DNA of 64,000 nucleotides from Rhizophagus irregularis (Eukaryota): NCBI RefSeq assembly GCF_026210795.1, contig NC_089431.1, positions 1,426,001 to 1,490,000 of the forward strand, read 5' to 3'. Shown piece by piece: positions 1 to 11,888 of this stretch (position 1 is its first letter; each line of letters starts with the position of its first letter). The notes under the pieces were generated by a model. It saw only the letters and a program-made list of their open reading frames with translations, ran no database searches and was not told where the DNA came from. The position numbers and the translations under genes were made by a program.

Positions 1-1629
1 TTTTAAGAGAAAGAAATTTCCTTATGTTCGGGTAATACAATATATTTTTGGCTTAATAATGACAAATTAATAAAACAAATTATTTTTAGAAATATAAAAA
101 AAAAGATACCCTTTTTTTTTACCTAATCTGAATTTTTTGGGGGATTACCACATTTACCACAGTAAATTCCTAAATAAAAAAAACTCCGATTTAAAAAAAT
201 AAATATTTGGTACTAACAATTTATCACGACATGATTACTTGCAGATATAATAGGTATAATTAAAATAAAAAGTGATAAAAATGGAATGTTCCAAAAAAGA
301 TTATGTTATATACCGGCAATTCACTATTTGGATTATTATTATTTTTTTTTTCATTCTATGATAATACTATTTACATTAAATCAATCATTTTTTTTTATTG
401 TTTGGTCGTACAAATAGTAGTTCTCTCCATTTTCACTCTTTGACATTAATTATTATTATTATTATTTTCTTGTGTAATTCAAAAATTGCCGTATTTGTTT
501 TTTTTAAAAAAAAAGTTTTTGTTTAAATGAAATTTTTTACATTTTGTTATTTATTTTACGTTACTAACGATGTAAATAAAAAAAAATTAACTCTAACATA
601 CATATACCAAAAATTTTATTACTATTGAACGAAAACTTCTAGTACCAAACGATCGTCTAACTTTTTTTACTTTTTTCCGAATGATTGATTTCATTAACGT
701 GAAACCATAAACAAACAAAGAAAAATTATATTTACAAAATATATTATTTAGATAATCATTAAAAAATGATTTTTGTCAATAGTTAACATACAATGATTTA
801 AATATTACCCGGTGATACATATTTTCGGATAATAGATTATGATGGTAATAGTTCTATTGGTTCTCATATAAAAATTATAAAGAAATGTAACGATTATAAT
901 CAGTAATGGTTCCGATCTTTATCACTTTTCACTCTTACGTCACATCTTGTCATACTCCTCATTGAACTTTTATTAGGAGAATTGTTTATGTAACAAAGTT
1001 TTCGCGATTAAAAATAATATATATTACAAAGTATGAAGTTTCTATAATGGAAATACTAACAAGTAAATATAATATATATATATATTCGTACTGTTAAGTG
1101 TTAGCAAGCAAGACTTCGAGAGTGTCAAAGAAAAATAATAAATTGGCAAACAAGAAAATCTCCGTAAGCGCATGCTTTACGATACTTATCATACATCATA
1201 TGATATTTGCCAAGCGTTTGCCAAGAATTAATTTTATTACCTTTATTTGATAATTAATTAATTAATTATAACTAGTTAAGATTTACAGTATCGCAAGTAA
1301 CATAAATCAAAAAATGGCTTTTTCTTTCTTCCTTAAAAGACCAGCTGAAACCTTTCAATTTGTTTATCAAAGAAGTGAAAAAAGGTTAGTTAATTTTTGA
1401 TAGATTTGCAGGACACTTTTATAATTCCGCTTTTATCTTACAAAGCTTTAATTATGTCACAAAAATTCTTGTATATCACTTCTTCACGTGATATATTATG
1501 ACGCGAAAATAAATTAAATGGTTAATACCTACAGAATTTCCTACATTATAAATAAATCCTACCTTGTATAATTGATTCCAATATCAGTATAATAGAAAAT
1601 AGACAAGAATGAAATGAAATGATTTACGT

Positions 1630-2247
1630 GGGTATCGGGACTTTTTCGCCAAAGTCCATTTCACCGAACCCATTTCGACGAAGCTATTTCGCCGAAGCAA
1701 TTTCGCCGAAGGGAATTCGTTGAATTGCCATTACAAACATTTTACCAAACGACTATTTTGTCGAAGGAACATTTCGTCGAAGCCATTTATACCATCAATT
1801 TTTTTTTTCGTGTTTATAAATTGAAAGCAACGTAATTATGCTATAAATGAATGGAAATCGACGAAGGAATTTTTTTGTTTTTCCTTTTTCTTTTATACAA
1901 GATAAACGAATTATTTTACATTAGATTATTTGTGATTCGCGGAATTTATTAGATCGAAAAATAGTAAAAGGAAATATAATTTTTTCCCACATCATCTGTC
2001 ATTCCAAGGAACCCCATATGGAAAATTTATTTTAAGTTTAAATAAAAATAACAAAATCATAATATTCCAAAACATAAAATAGTTTAAAGAGAATTTGTTC
2101 TTTGACCATTTTTTATTTTCTTTGTATCGAATTGTTAATGCACTTTCGGCGAAATATCCTTCGACAAAATTGACGATTCGGAAAAAGAACTCGACGAAAT
2201 GTCCATTCGGCGAAATGTCCATGGTTTTGGTGAAACGTACTGTAACC
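1630..2247. mobile_element. Non-autonomous foldback/Mutator(Phantom)-like element with ~15-bp subterminal tandem repeats
   Basis: Left end GGGTATCGGGAC followed by repeats of CCATTTCG(C/A)CGAAG; right end has the inverted repeats (TTCGGCGAAAT) and ends GTACTGTAACC. The same end motifs occur at 33042-33887 and 27982-28122. No clean TSD seen. Confidence 0.7.
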
Positions 2248-2552
2248 ATAATCGTGTACGCATTATCTAACGTGTTTTGTACTTCTGAACTAAATTTAAG
2301 TTTAATGTTTAACACTGCATAAAATATCCCCTTTTTAACGTACCCACTTTAAAAAATCCGGGTACACAGTTAATTTGGTAGAATTAAGCCGGTTTAGGAT
2401 AAATTTGTCCAAAATTCATAAAAAGTAACCCATCACATATCCAATATAACATCTTCATTAATCATAGAGATCCCCTTCATATTCATTATCATAATTATGA
2501 TCAGTCATTTTCATATTTTTCATATGATTCGCTACCATATATATCATTATTA

Positions 2553-2732
2553 TGTCGAAAGTCAACTTGCAAGACTAATACAAGATCGACAACAAATCCA
2601 AAATCCTGACAAGTCCTTGTCGGTATAATGATTTGTCGGGATTTTGATTTGTCGGATTTTGACTTGTCAAGATTTTGTTGTCGGTCTTGTGTCAGTCATT
2701 CAAATGATTTTCGAGATTTCGTACCAAAACCC
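2553..2732. mobile_element. Degenerate palindromic MITE
   Basis: Left arm TCGAAAGTCA..GACTAATACAAGATCGACAACAAA..CTGACAAGTC matches the reverse complement of the right arm GACTTGTC..TTTTGTTGTCGGTCTTGTGTCAGTC..TGATTTTCGA; internal TTGTCGG subrepeats; ends GTACCAAAACCC. Confidence 0.55.
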
Positions 2733-4005
2733 ATTATATCACCATCTTCCGTCAGTCCAGGAGTAGTTGCGCCTTAATTTTGGCCATAAGTATTATCTCA
2801 ATTTTTAAACCTGGTTTTTTATAAAAGACAGTATATTTTATGCTATTTAGAAATAATCATTAGCATATTATAAATTTATAATAAATTAATTAATTGGATT
2901 TATTGATCTAATAATATATGTAAATATCAGTTATTAATAAAGTTTTTTATATTTTATATTCAATTATCTTATTATCGGTTAGTAATCATGAAGATTTAAT
3001 ATACAATTGTTATTTGGTCGGTTATCTCATATTACTATATACTAGCATAATAATAAAATTATTGAATAATGGCGGGAATTTATTGTAAAAATTACATGAA
3101 CGGTCCCGTCAAACCGATAGTAATAATATTTTTTTTATTTTTTTTTTTTTACGGCAAAGAGACTTCAAATTGAAGCAGCACGTTGTTTATTAAACTTTAT
3201 TAAATTCTATATACTAATTATAAATAAGATAATAATATTATTGGATGATAAACCAAATAATAGACTACGCGCCCTATTAAATATAAGGCAATATATATAA
3301 AAAAATTTACTAAATTATCTTATTTATCGATTATCATATAATATATATCAGGACTTTACCATTCCGCGGGCTGTAGTGGCCTTTGAGTGAGACCTCGTAC
3401 CTAATATGGTGGTATGGAAGGGTACTAGATGGTCGGTGTTACTTGACGAAACCTTTTAACTCTGGCCAAATTGTAATTTTTGGCCAAACTAAGAACAAGA
3501 TAGATTTAATATAAAAAAAAATTTTATTTGTTATGTTATATCTTGCCGTGATGTTTACCATAAAGTAACTAAGAAATAACTGCAATCCTATCCCTATAAA
3601 AAAAATTCTGGAAAAAAACTCCGATAAATGAATATTTTTCTAGTTTTCATTGTTTTCATTCCGAACAAACTCAGATACGTGATCATTTTTCTGAGAAAAT
3701 TTTTATAGAGTATTCGTAATGTTAATTCTTATCTGATAAGGTCTTTACTGACATCAAATTCTAACGGAAGGCAAAAGCTATCATTAAATTTAAGTCCAAA
3801 TAACGTCAACAAAAGTACAATATAATTTACTGCGCATCAAAAATCCGATTGGAAAAAAAACAAGATTATTAATAAAATGTATATAACGGATTATATAACG
3901 TATTAAACGATAAGAACGCTTTCAGTTATTATGTATGACATGTAATTATATGTTACATATGCATGGGCTACGAAAAAAAATTTTTTTCTGTTTCAGAAAA
4001 TAAAA

Positions 4006-4137
4006 TTAGGTTAGGATTAGGGTTAGTACTAAGATTAGTATCCAATAATCCTAACTCTAACCTAATACTCACATAATATTAACTCTAACCTTAATCTTAA
4101 CTCTAACCTCTTAACTCTAGCCTAATCCTAACCCTAA
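4006..4137. repeat. Degenerate telomere-like repeats, G-strand block facing C-strand block
   Basis: TTAGGTTAGGATTAGGGTTAG followed by CTAACTCTAACC..CCTAATCCTAACCCTAA variants. Confidence 0.6.
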
Positions 4138-4858
4138 GCAACTCCTTAAATTACGCAAAAAATCCAATGCGAACTTAGCATTAGTATTGAACTTATTTTT
4201 TGTGTATCAATATTTTTTGCCTAATTTTACGACCCTTCACTTTCATACTGCACAACGAAATATTAGAAAGCTATAATAAACGGATTTCTTGGTTTTATCC
4301 AATGTATACACCGATGGATTTTTTTGTCCACCGGTATAAAAAAAAAAGTATAAAATCCATCGGTGTATGCCAGTATGCATCACACACATAGAAATCTAAC
4401 TTCATATACACCGATGCTCCCTCCCCTTTGAGGGTTTTCCAACTTCTGAGGCATTGGTGAATATTTATTTTTCATTTTTCCGATCATTTCACTATATTTT
4501 CCCATGTTTCTTTTCCATTTCTTCGCAATATAAACCATCAACTATTCATTGATACATCGAATATACAGTAAATATTTATTACTTATTTACAGTACAAATC
4601 TATGTTAGCCAGAACCAATAATGGTTGGATGTTATACATTAGTTTTGTTTTTGGGGATAATAGATATAGTATATAGTAACTATATAAGATAAAGCATTGT
4701 GAAGAAAAAAAGAAGAAAGTAATCCTTAAAAGGGATTTGTCAATAAAAAAATCAAAAATAGTAAATAATATGATAAAGAGTTAGGGGTGAAATTCAAACA
4801 AGGAAGAAGTTACGATGATCATTGTCAGGAACTCACCGAATAAAATGATATATATATA

Positions 4859-4902
4859 TTTTTTTTTACCCTTTTTTTTTAAAAAAAAAGGGTAAAAAAA
4901 AA
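4859..4902. repeat. Perfect 44-bp spacerless palindrome
   Basis: T9-ACCC-T9-A9-GGGT-A9 read directly from the sequence. Confidence 0.9.
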
Positions 4903-5307
4903 CTGAAGAGAATCCTGTAAAAACAAAAAAAACATAAACTAAATTCTTTTGACATGTGAAAAATTCATTCCAAAAGTGAAAATTTTATTGATCTTATTAT
5001 ATTTTTATTTATTTACTTATTAAAAAATATCAAATTATAATAAATATCTAAAAATATTTCGTTAGTTTATTTTAATTGGCAAGCAATTCAATCAAAATAA
5101 TAACAATATTATTATTATTATTATTATTATTACTACTTTAAAAAAGTTATTTACACAAATATTACTTTTTTACAATTTCAATCAAAGAAGAGAAAACTTA
5201 TATATCCTTATTGTACAACAAAAACATATGCTATATAAATTTTTCTATAAATAATAAATAAAAAATTTTCATTATAAAAATAAAATATAAATTGTCTATA
5301 ATATATT

Positions 5308-6159
5308 TTACAATTCATTATTACTATTATCAAATGGCAAGAAATCTTCGGTTAATAAATCCTGCTGATTATCATGTTTACATAAATCAAAAATGAATTC
5401 AACAGGTATTCCAGTTAAAAAGAAACAACCATTTGCTTTATCATACATTTGATCGAATAATAAAGGAAATTTTGGTTTAATAAAAGTCCATTTAAATAAA
5501 TTTAAATTCGAATTTAAAAATTCAGGATCAATTTTATATTGTTCATCATTAAATTCTTTGCATTTTAAATATTGTTGTTGTTGAATTTCTATTAATGATA
5601 ATATTCTTGATTGTTCTTTAATATAATATTGAATTTGTTGATTTAATTGTTGATTATTAATATTTTGAATATAAGTTGTTGTTTTAATATTAAATGCATT
5701 ATCCTTAATGTTATTGTTATTATTATATTGTTCGTAAGATAATAATTCATTTGAGGTCGTAATAGAAATTTGTTTTTGAACCAAAGGATTATTATATAAA
5801 TGTGAGGATAAATCATTAGAATGTTCGTAATCTTGTTCCATTTTTACTAATGATATTTCTAAAGGACTGGTAGGTAAAGAAGGATTAGAATTTAAAGTAG
5901 GATAAGAAGTAGTTGGAGTAAGGATTGGAGATAAAGATGATGATGAACAAGAAGAAAATGAAGTATCACAAGATAAAGAAGATTCATAAGAAGCATATAA
6001 AAAGGGGGAAGTAGGAGGAGTCGAAATTTGATTTTGGGAACATAAATTGTGATTATCGAGAAGTGTAGCTTGAATTAATCCAAAATCCTTATTATTTTGA
6101 GTTTGGACCATACGAGAGTTGAAGTCATTAGGAAAATTTGAATCATATTCATTAGTCAT
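5308..6159 (-). CDS. Hypothetical 283-aa protein, Ser/Pro-rich N-terminus, Asn/Gln-rich middle
   Basis: 852-bp uninterrupted ORF in very AT-rich DNA, ATG preceded by an A-run; no domain recognised. Confidence 0.7.
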   Translation of the reverse strand: MTNEYDSNFPNDFNSRMVQTQNNKDFGLIQATLLDNHNLCSQNQISTPPTSPFLYASYESSLSCDTSFSSCSSSSLSPILTPTTSYPTLNSNPSLPTSPLEISLVKMEQDYEHSNDLSSHLYNNPLVQKQISITTSNELLSYEQYNNNNNIKDNAFNIKTTTYIQNINNQQLNQQIQYYIKEQSRILSLIEIQQQQYLKCKEFNDEQYKIDPEFLNSNLNLFKWTFIKPKFPLLFDQMYDKANGCFFLTGIPVEFIFDLCKHDNQQDLLTEDFLPFDNSNNEL

Positions 6160-7730
6160 TTTTTTTTTGTTTTATAAAAAAAAAAGAAGAAAAGGAACTT
6201 TTTTTAAAAGAATACTTTTGTATATATATATATGTATATAATGTATTATACATACATACATATATATCTATATATATATAATTTTTTTTTTAATGTATAA
6301 ATAAATAAACAATAAATAATTATTATATTATTAAAAAAAAAAAAAACGACAAAATAAAATTTCTAGAGCTATGAAAGAAAGTAATCATTACTACATATGA
6401 TCATTTTAGAAAACAATGCATGTATTATTATTTATCTTTATTTAGACGTAATAAACAAAAAAAAAATTTTTTTGCATGGTTTAAAAAAAGCTTTCGTAGT
6501 ACATTTTGTTCTAAAAATGTTTAGCATCATATTTCCCCTTTCTTTGGCTTTTTGTTTGTGTATTTTCTCTCCTTATTCACTATTGGAAATACTACGCCAA
6601 ATAATGGAGTTAAGTAAATCCTTGCAGAATGTGAAAAAGTATTTTTGAAACATTATATTGTGAAAGGTTGATATAATTATTTTAGGATTTAAATGGATAT
6701 TATTTGAATATTTATTTGAAACATATTATTTATAAATTTCAGCCGTTAATCCGTAAGTCATACCTGTTTTTCATCATTTATGCATTAATGTAAATTATAA
6801 TAAATTTGGTGTTATGTGTGAAAATAATATTCATTTGTCCATTCAAAATGTCAAAATATCCTTTTGTAGATTATATATATCAATCATATATGGTATGAAT
6901 GTATATTGGAAATTTCTAATTAACTTTAACCCATGAAATTAAATTAAATCCATACTAATCAAAACTTGATGATATTCAATGTTCATTATATGTATTATAT
7001 GTGTATTCTATATATGCACACAATATTTTTCCTCGGAATTTAAATGTTGAACTTTTTTATCATTTTAACAATATTTATTATAAATTGTAATAATATTTGT
7101 CGATAAAGAAAGCGTGTATGAATTTGATTGGTTATCATTAACTTCATTAACTTTAATGACCGAGTGTAATACGAAATGTTTTGTTTATACTAAATTTGTA
7201 AAAATTGACATTTTTGTACAATGTTAAATTCATTACTGCGGATTCTTATTACGTTGAGGTTAAAAATGTAGATCTAGATGAGAGTTTTTGGAAACAATTA
7301 ACAATTATTGTAAGTTTTGTAAAATGACAAAATGTGATCAAAAAAGGAATACAGGTTGATATTGATAAAAAAAATTTTCCGAAATTCATATTAACAAAAT
7401 TGATCTTACACGTTAAATAATTAAAAAAAATAAGGTAACACGAAAATTGTCTTTTACTTTAAAAAATTAAAACTGTCTTTTCAATATATAAAATATATAA
7501 TAAAAAAAAACAAAGAGATACCAAAAATGTCATTATTGTTATTACGAAACAAATCTAATCCCCGAATTCGAATTTTCATTCGGCTATTCAAAAAATTAGT
7601 AATCATTTAATCATTGAAATTTTTTGATATAAATATGGTTACAAATCAAAAGAAATGTATCTAAAAAAATAAAAATCATATCATACTCTAATATTTTTCT
7701 TGAATTTTTCTTTTTGAAAAAAAAAGAAAG

Positions 7731-8288
7731 ATGGAAAATACCTTTATTACCATGTTACCTGATTATAAATCATCCACGAAAAGAAATTGTAGAAACTATC
7801 TTCACGAAGAAATCAATCAATCGGAATTTCTTCAAGTCATTAAGAATCCACCATGTGAATTATATTTAGAAGTTGATAATTTATTATCTTCCCCATCCGA
7901 ATTAACAAAGCATAAATTTAAACCGCCACGAAGTCAAAATTCGTACATTTTATATCGACGTAATGAGTCAAAACGACGAAATCAGTTAGGATTACCAAAT
8001 GATCTTAAAAGAGCATCCAAAGAAATTAGTGAAATGTGGCGCAACGAGCCTCCAAGAATTAAAAATTTTTTTCGAATCTTGGCAGCTGAAGGAGACAGGA
8101 GACATCGTTTAAAATTTCCCGATTATAAATTCGATCCGATAAGAAAAAACAGCAGTTTTAAAGTCAAATATAATCATGGAAATTTTGAAGTTAATAATAA
8201 AAGAAAATATCAAAAAAACGCGTTGATTAATCAATCTCAATCGAATATTGTATTTGTAAACGAAATCATCAAGCATAATGACTTGTGA
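7731..8288 (+). CDS. MATA-type HMG-box transcription factor (185 aa)
   Basis: PPRSQNSYILYRR..ASKEISEMWRNEP..FFRILA..HRLKFPDYKFDP is a MATA_HMG-box signature; the family is expanded in AM fungi. Confidence 0.92.
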   Translation: MENTFITMLPDYKSSTKRNCRNYLHEEINQSEFLQVIKNPPCELYLEVDNLLSSPSELTKHKFKPPRSQNSYILYRRNESKRRNQLGLPNDLKRASKEISEMWRNEPPRIKNFFRILAAEGDRRHRLKFPDYKFDPIRKNSSFKVKYNHGNFEVNNKRKYQKNALINQSQSNIVFVNEIIKHNDL

Positions 8289-9450
8289 ATTAATTTATTT
8301 TAAAACGTAAAATAATAAATCATATAATTATATTACATGTTATTTATATCGAAACTATTTTTTCAGAAACCCGTAAGTCATAGAGAAAATGTTATATTGC
8401 TAGGAATTGACTGAGATTTAGAACAAATTATTACAATCACTATAATCATTACTGTATATCATTTACTATATTAAATAAATAAATAAATAAATTTTAATAA
8501 TTTTAATACAAATATCAATGAAGGATATTTTTAGTATTTTAATAAAGTCATAGGATAAAAGTACCTCAGGTGCACTGCACTTATGATTATCCAGGGTCCT
8601 AGTTATTGTCAGTATTTGCCGCGCAAAATGTGACTGTTTCGTACTGTACAATAGAAAATGGCGTTTTAACGTAAATTTCCAAAATAAATAGTAAGAATAA
8701 GTGATAACAACCTTAACTAAACTCCGTAACAAACATTGTTTACAGTTTTTGTCATTCATATTTATTTAGTCTTGTCCCCCATTTTTAGTTTAATATATCA
8801 TCTCTTTGATATTATTTGCTCCGGCTGCCTTATTTTATATTTTAGATCTTTTCCCCCAATTTCAATTGTGTTCCAGATTACTAATATTTGTTCGGAATTC
8901 GGATTTGGATGAAACGTTTCATATTTTAAATTTTTTGATAATAAGTTCGCCCGAAACACCAAACGCCAAACTTAGATTATAAAAGAAAAACTTTGATTAC
9001 GAAAGAAAGTCTAGAGATGGATGGTAGTAGAAAATGTTGTACAATATACATGAAACATATTTTCCAAAAAAGGATATAATGATGAGGCCCAAAATAGTTT
9101 TCTAATACGTATAAAATATTAAAGGTTTAAAGTATAACAATTACAAACCAAAGAATTGTTTTAACGTTAGAAATGACAAACGTACCGAAACATGTTTAAG
9201 ATTTCGGATTTTTCCGTCTCAATTATTCAATAGGGTTGAAATTACCCTTTTCATAATTTCCAGAGTAACATAAATAAAACAATCTTCATCAAATCTAATC
9301 TCTCCTTATCTTTTTTTTTCTTCGATTTTTTTACCTGTTCATTTTTGAAACTGGTTTGAAACCGTAAGTAAAATATTTTAATAGTATTTTTCTAATTTAA
9401 TAAATAAAATTTCATTTATTACAATATAAAGATCGACTACTTATTTATTA

Positions 9451-9605
9451 GGGTATTGCTAAAGCTCACCAGTGGTGATGGTCACCAATACCAGCATTAT
9501 GATGTACTTTTGGCCAGAATTAAAAATCTAATAAAATACTGGCCGGCATTACATCATAAATTCACCACTGGTGACCGGCACCGCCGGTGATATTTAGTAA
9601 TACCA
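9451..9605. mobile_element. Mutator-like MITE, 155 bp, with 9-bp TSD
   Basis: TIR GGTATTGCTAAAGCTCACC versus reverse-complemented right end GGTATTACTAAATATCACC; inner arms also pair (TTATGATGTA/TACATCATAA, GGCCAG/CTGGCC); identical TATTTATTA at 9442-9450 and 9606-9614. Confidence 0.85.
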
Positions 9606-9699
9606 TATTTATTATTATTCAGATTAATATGAATAGCAAAATTTAATAGAATTATCTATTGAACGGTTGACTAATTGACTAATTCAAATTACTGTAAAT

Positions 9700-10074
9700 A
9701 TAACTAATATTTCGTGGATCCCGTGATGGATTTATAGCTAGTAATGCACTATAATAGTCGTCAAAGTAAAAGATAGTAATGAAAGTCTTGAAGGATATAA
9801 TCCAATTATTGCATGGAAAGTTGGTAAATATATATAATTCCACTAAAGATAGTTTTCGAGAATAATAATAAAATTGGAAATCCTATTGTTTAAATCGTGT
9901 GATTGATTAAAAACACGATTTGGTAATGGTGACCTTTATTTATTAAGTAACAACATATATAATAATAGCGTTTAGAGTAAAAATTCCTATGCTAAATTGA
10001 TTAGAAAAACCGAAAATGAATTTTTTGCGGAAAATTTAGGATTTGTGATATTCCAGATAAATTACTAAAATAAA
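9700..10074 (+). pseudogene. TLDc-domain relic (3' end of a lost BTB-BACK-TLDc paralog)
   Basis: Frameshifted matches to FRGSRDG, VKVKDSNE.L.GYNP, TKDSF, RV, FG.GDL, IRKTEN of the neighbouring genes. Confidence 0.8.
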
Positions 10075-10179
10075 CTGGAGTCACGTTATCAATGATTTTA
10101 ACCTTTTATATATAAAGTTTGATCATTCACACCATTTACACATGAATTCTTTTTTCTCATTTCTTTTAATAGAATAAAA

Positions 10180-11665
10180 ATGAATAATAATAGTCTTTTG
10201 CCAAAATTATCTCAAAATTTACTCGAAATTTTAAATGAAGAAGAATATTATGATATTACAATTGAAGTTGGTAATGACCCTTACGTAAAAACATATCGTG
10301 CGCATATGGTCATTTTATATTATCGTTCTCCTTATTTGAAAAGAATTTTATCAACTCATAAAAAGAAAAATGATGGAACTTTAGAACATATTAAATTACC
10401 AGAAATTTTACCGGAAATTTTTCAAATAATTTTAAGGTAAATTTATGTTGTAAATTTAAATATTAATTAATTTTTATTTTTTATAAACATTTTTTTTTAT
10501 TATTATTATTTTTAGGTATATTTATGGTGGGAGACTTCCTTTGGAAGAATATGATATCTCAGATATCATTAAAATCTTGGATGCTGCTAATAAACTTAGT
10601 CTTCAGGAATTAATCAACTATTTACAATTTTATTTGATTGAAAAAAAAGCAAAATGGATCGAACAAAATTTTGTTCTGATATATCAATCAAGTTTTGAAA
10701 ATAATTCTTTCTTAGAACTTCAAAAATATTGTAAAAATTTAATTTCCAGAGAACCTGATAAAATATTTAAATCACTAAATTTCTCCTCAATTCCAGAAAA
10801 ACTTTTGGTTTCAATAATTCAAAGTGATAATCTTCAAATGAGTGAAGTTCAAGTTTGGGAACATGTTCTTAAATGGGGATTTGCTCAAAATCCAGAACTT
10901 CCCTCTGATGTCAACAATTATTCAGATGATGATTTTAATATTTTAAAGAATACTTTAAAACAATGTATTCCATTTATTAAATTTTACAATTTAACTTCTA
11001 AAGAATTTATAGATAAAGTATTACCTTATGAACAAATTCTGCCAAAAGATTTATATAAGGGTTTAATGAAATCCTTTTTAAGCCTTTTGGATCCTAATAG
11101 CAAACTGAAGAAACCTCATGTGACCAAAGAAATTAATTTAAGAATTACTGATTCAAAAATTATTACATATCAACACGCTGAATTGATCTTGAAATGGATC
11201 GGTAAATTAGAAATTACTGACGAGCTAACTTCATCATATGAATTAAGATTATTATTTCGTGGATCTCGTGATGGACTTGCACCTGATAAATTTCATAAAA
11301 TTTGTGATGGTCATTCTTGTACTATAACAGTTGTTAAAGTAATAGATAGTAATGAAATTCTTGGAGGATATAATCCGATTGCATGGAAATCTGATTATAG
11401 TTATAGTGCCACTAAAGATAGTTTTATTTTCTCTTTTGAGAATAGTAACCATGTTTTAAGTCGTGTGATTAATGAAAGATATGCTATATATAACAACCTT
11501 TTTGGTGGACCATCATTTGGCGGTGGTGACCTTGATTTATTGAGATTTACTTCAAGATCTGGTAATAGTATTAGCAAGAAAATTTTTTATGATAAACCGA
11601 TTAGAAAAACCACAAATAAATTTTTCGTAGAAGAATTTGAAGTATTTCAAATTATTAAAATTTAG
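10180..11665 (+). CDS. BTB/POZ-BACK-TLDc protein, copy 1 (~468 aa; exons 10180-10436, 10516-11665)
   Basis: BTB (YDITIEVG..FRAH..IL..RSPY type), BACK (MSEVQVWEHVLKWG), TLDc (LLFRGSRDG..FH..CD..ILGGYNP..DSFIFSF..GPSFG); a phase-2 GT-AG intron joins the two ORFs in frame. Confidence 0.92.
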
Positions 11666-11888
11666 GTTATATTGGTTATATTCTAACAATTTATTTATTT
11701 ATTTATTAAAAAAAAAATTATTACGTCATTAATTTTTTTTACGATCTCCTGATATAATTACTAAATAAATTCGAGTCACGTTATCCATACTTTTTGTATA
11801 TAAAATTTGTCCATTCACTATTTACTTCACTATTTAAGATAAATTTCTTTCTTCTCCCAAATTGTAAAAAATTTCTATTACTAAATAA

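Noticed and set aside
1992..2322. Short ORFs here and at 27967-28203, 32426-32647, 32928-33249
   Set aside because: They overlap MITE ends and have no protein-like features.
3420..3455. Hammerhead-like CTAGATG-GTC..GAC-GAAAC
   Set aside because: Core is not CUGANGA and no compatible stem III/GUH cleavage site was found; kept only as part of the ncRNA candidate.
7060..7545. Cluster of AACAAT/ATTGTT HMG-binding motifs upstream of the HMG gene
   Set aside because: Expected by chance at this AT content.
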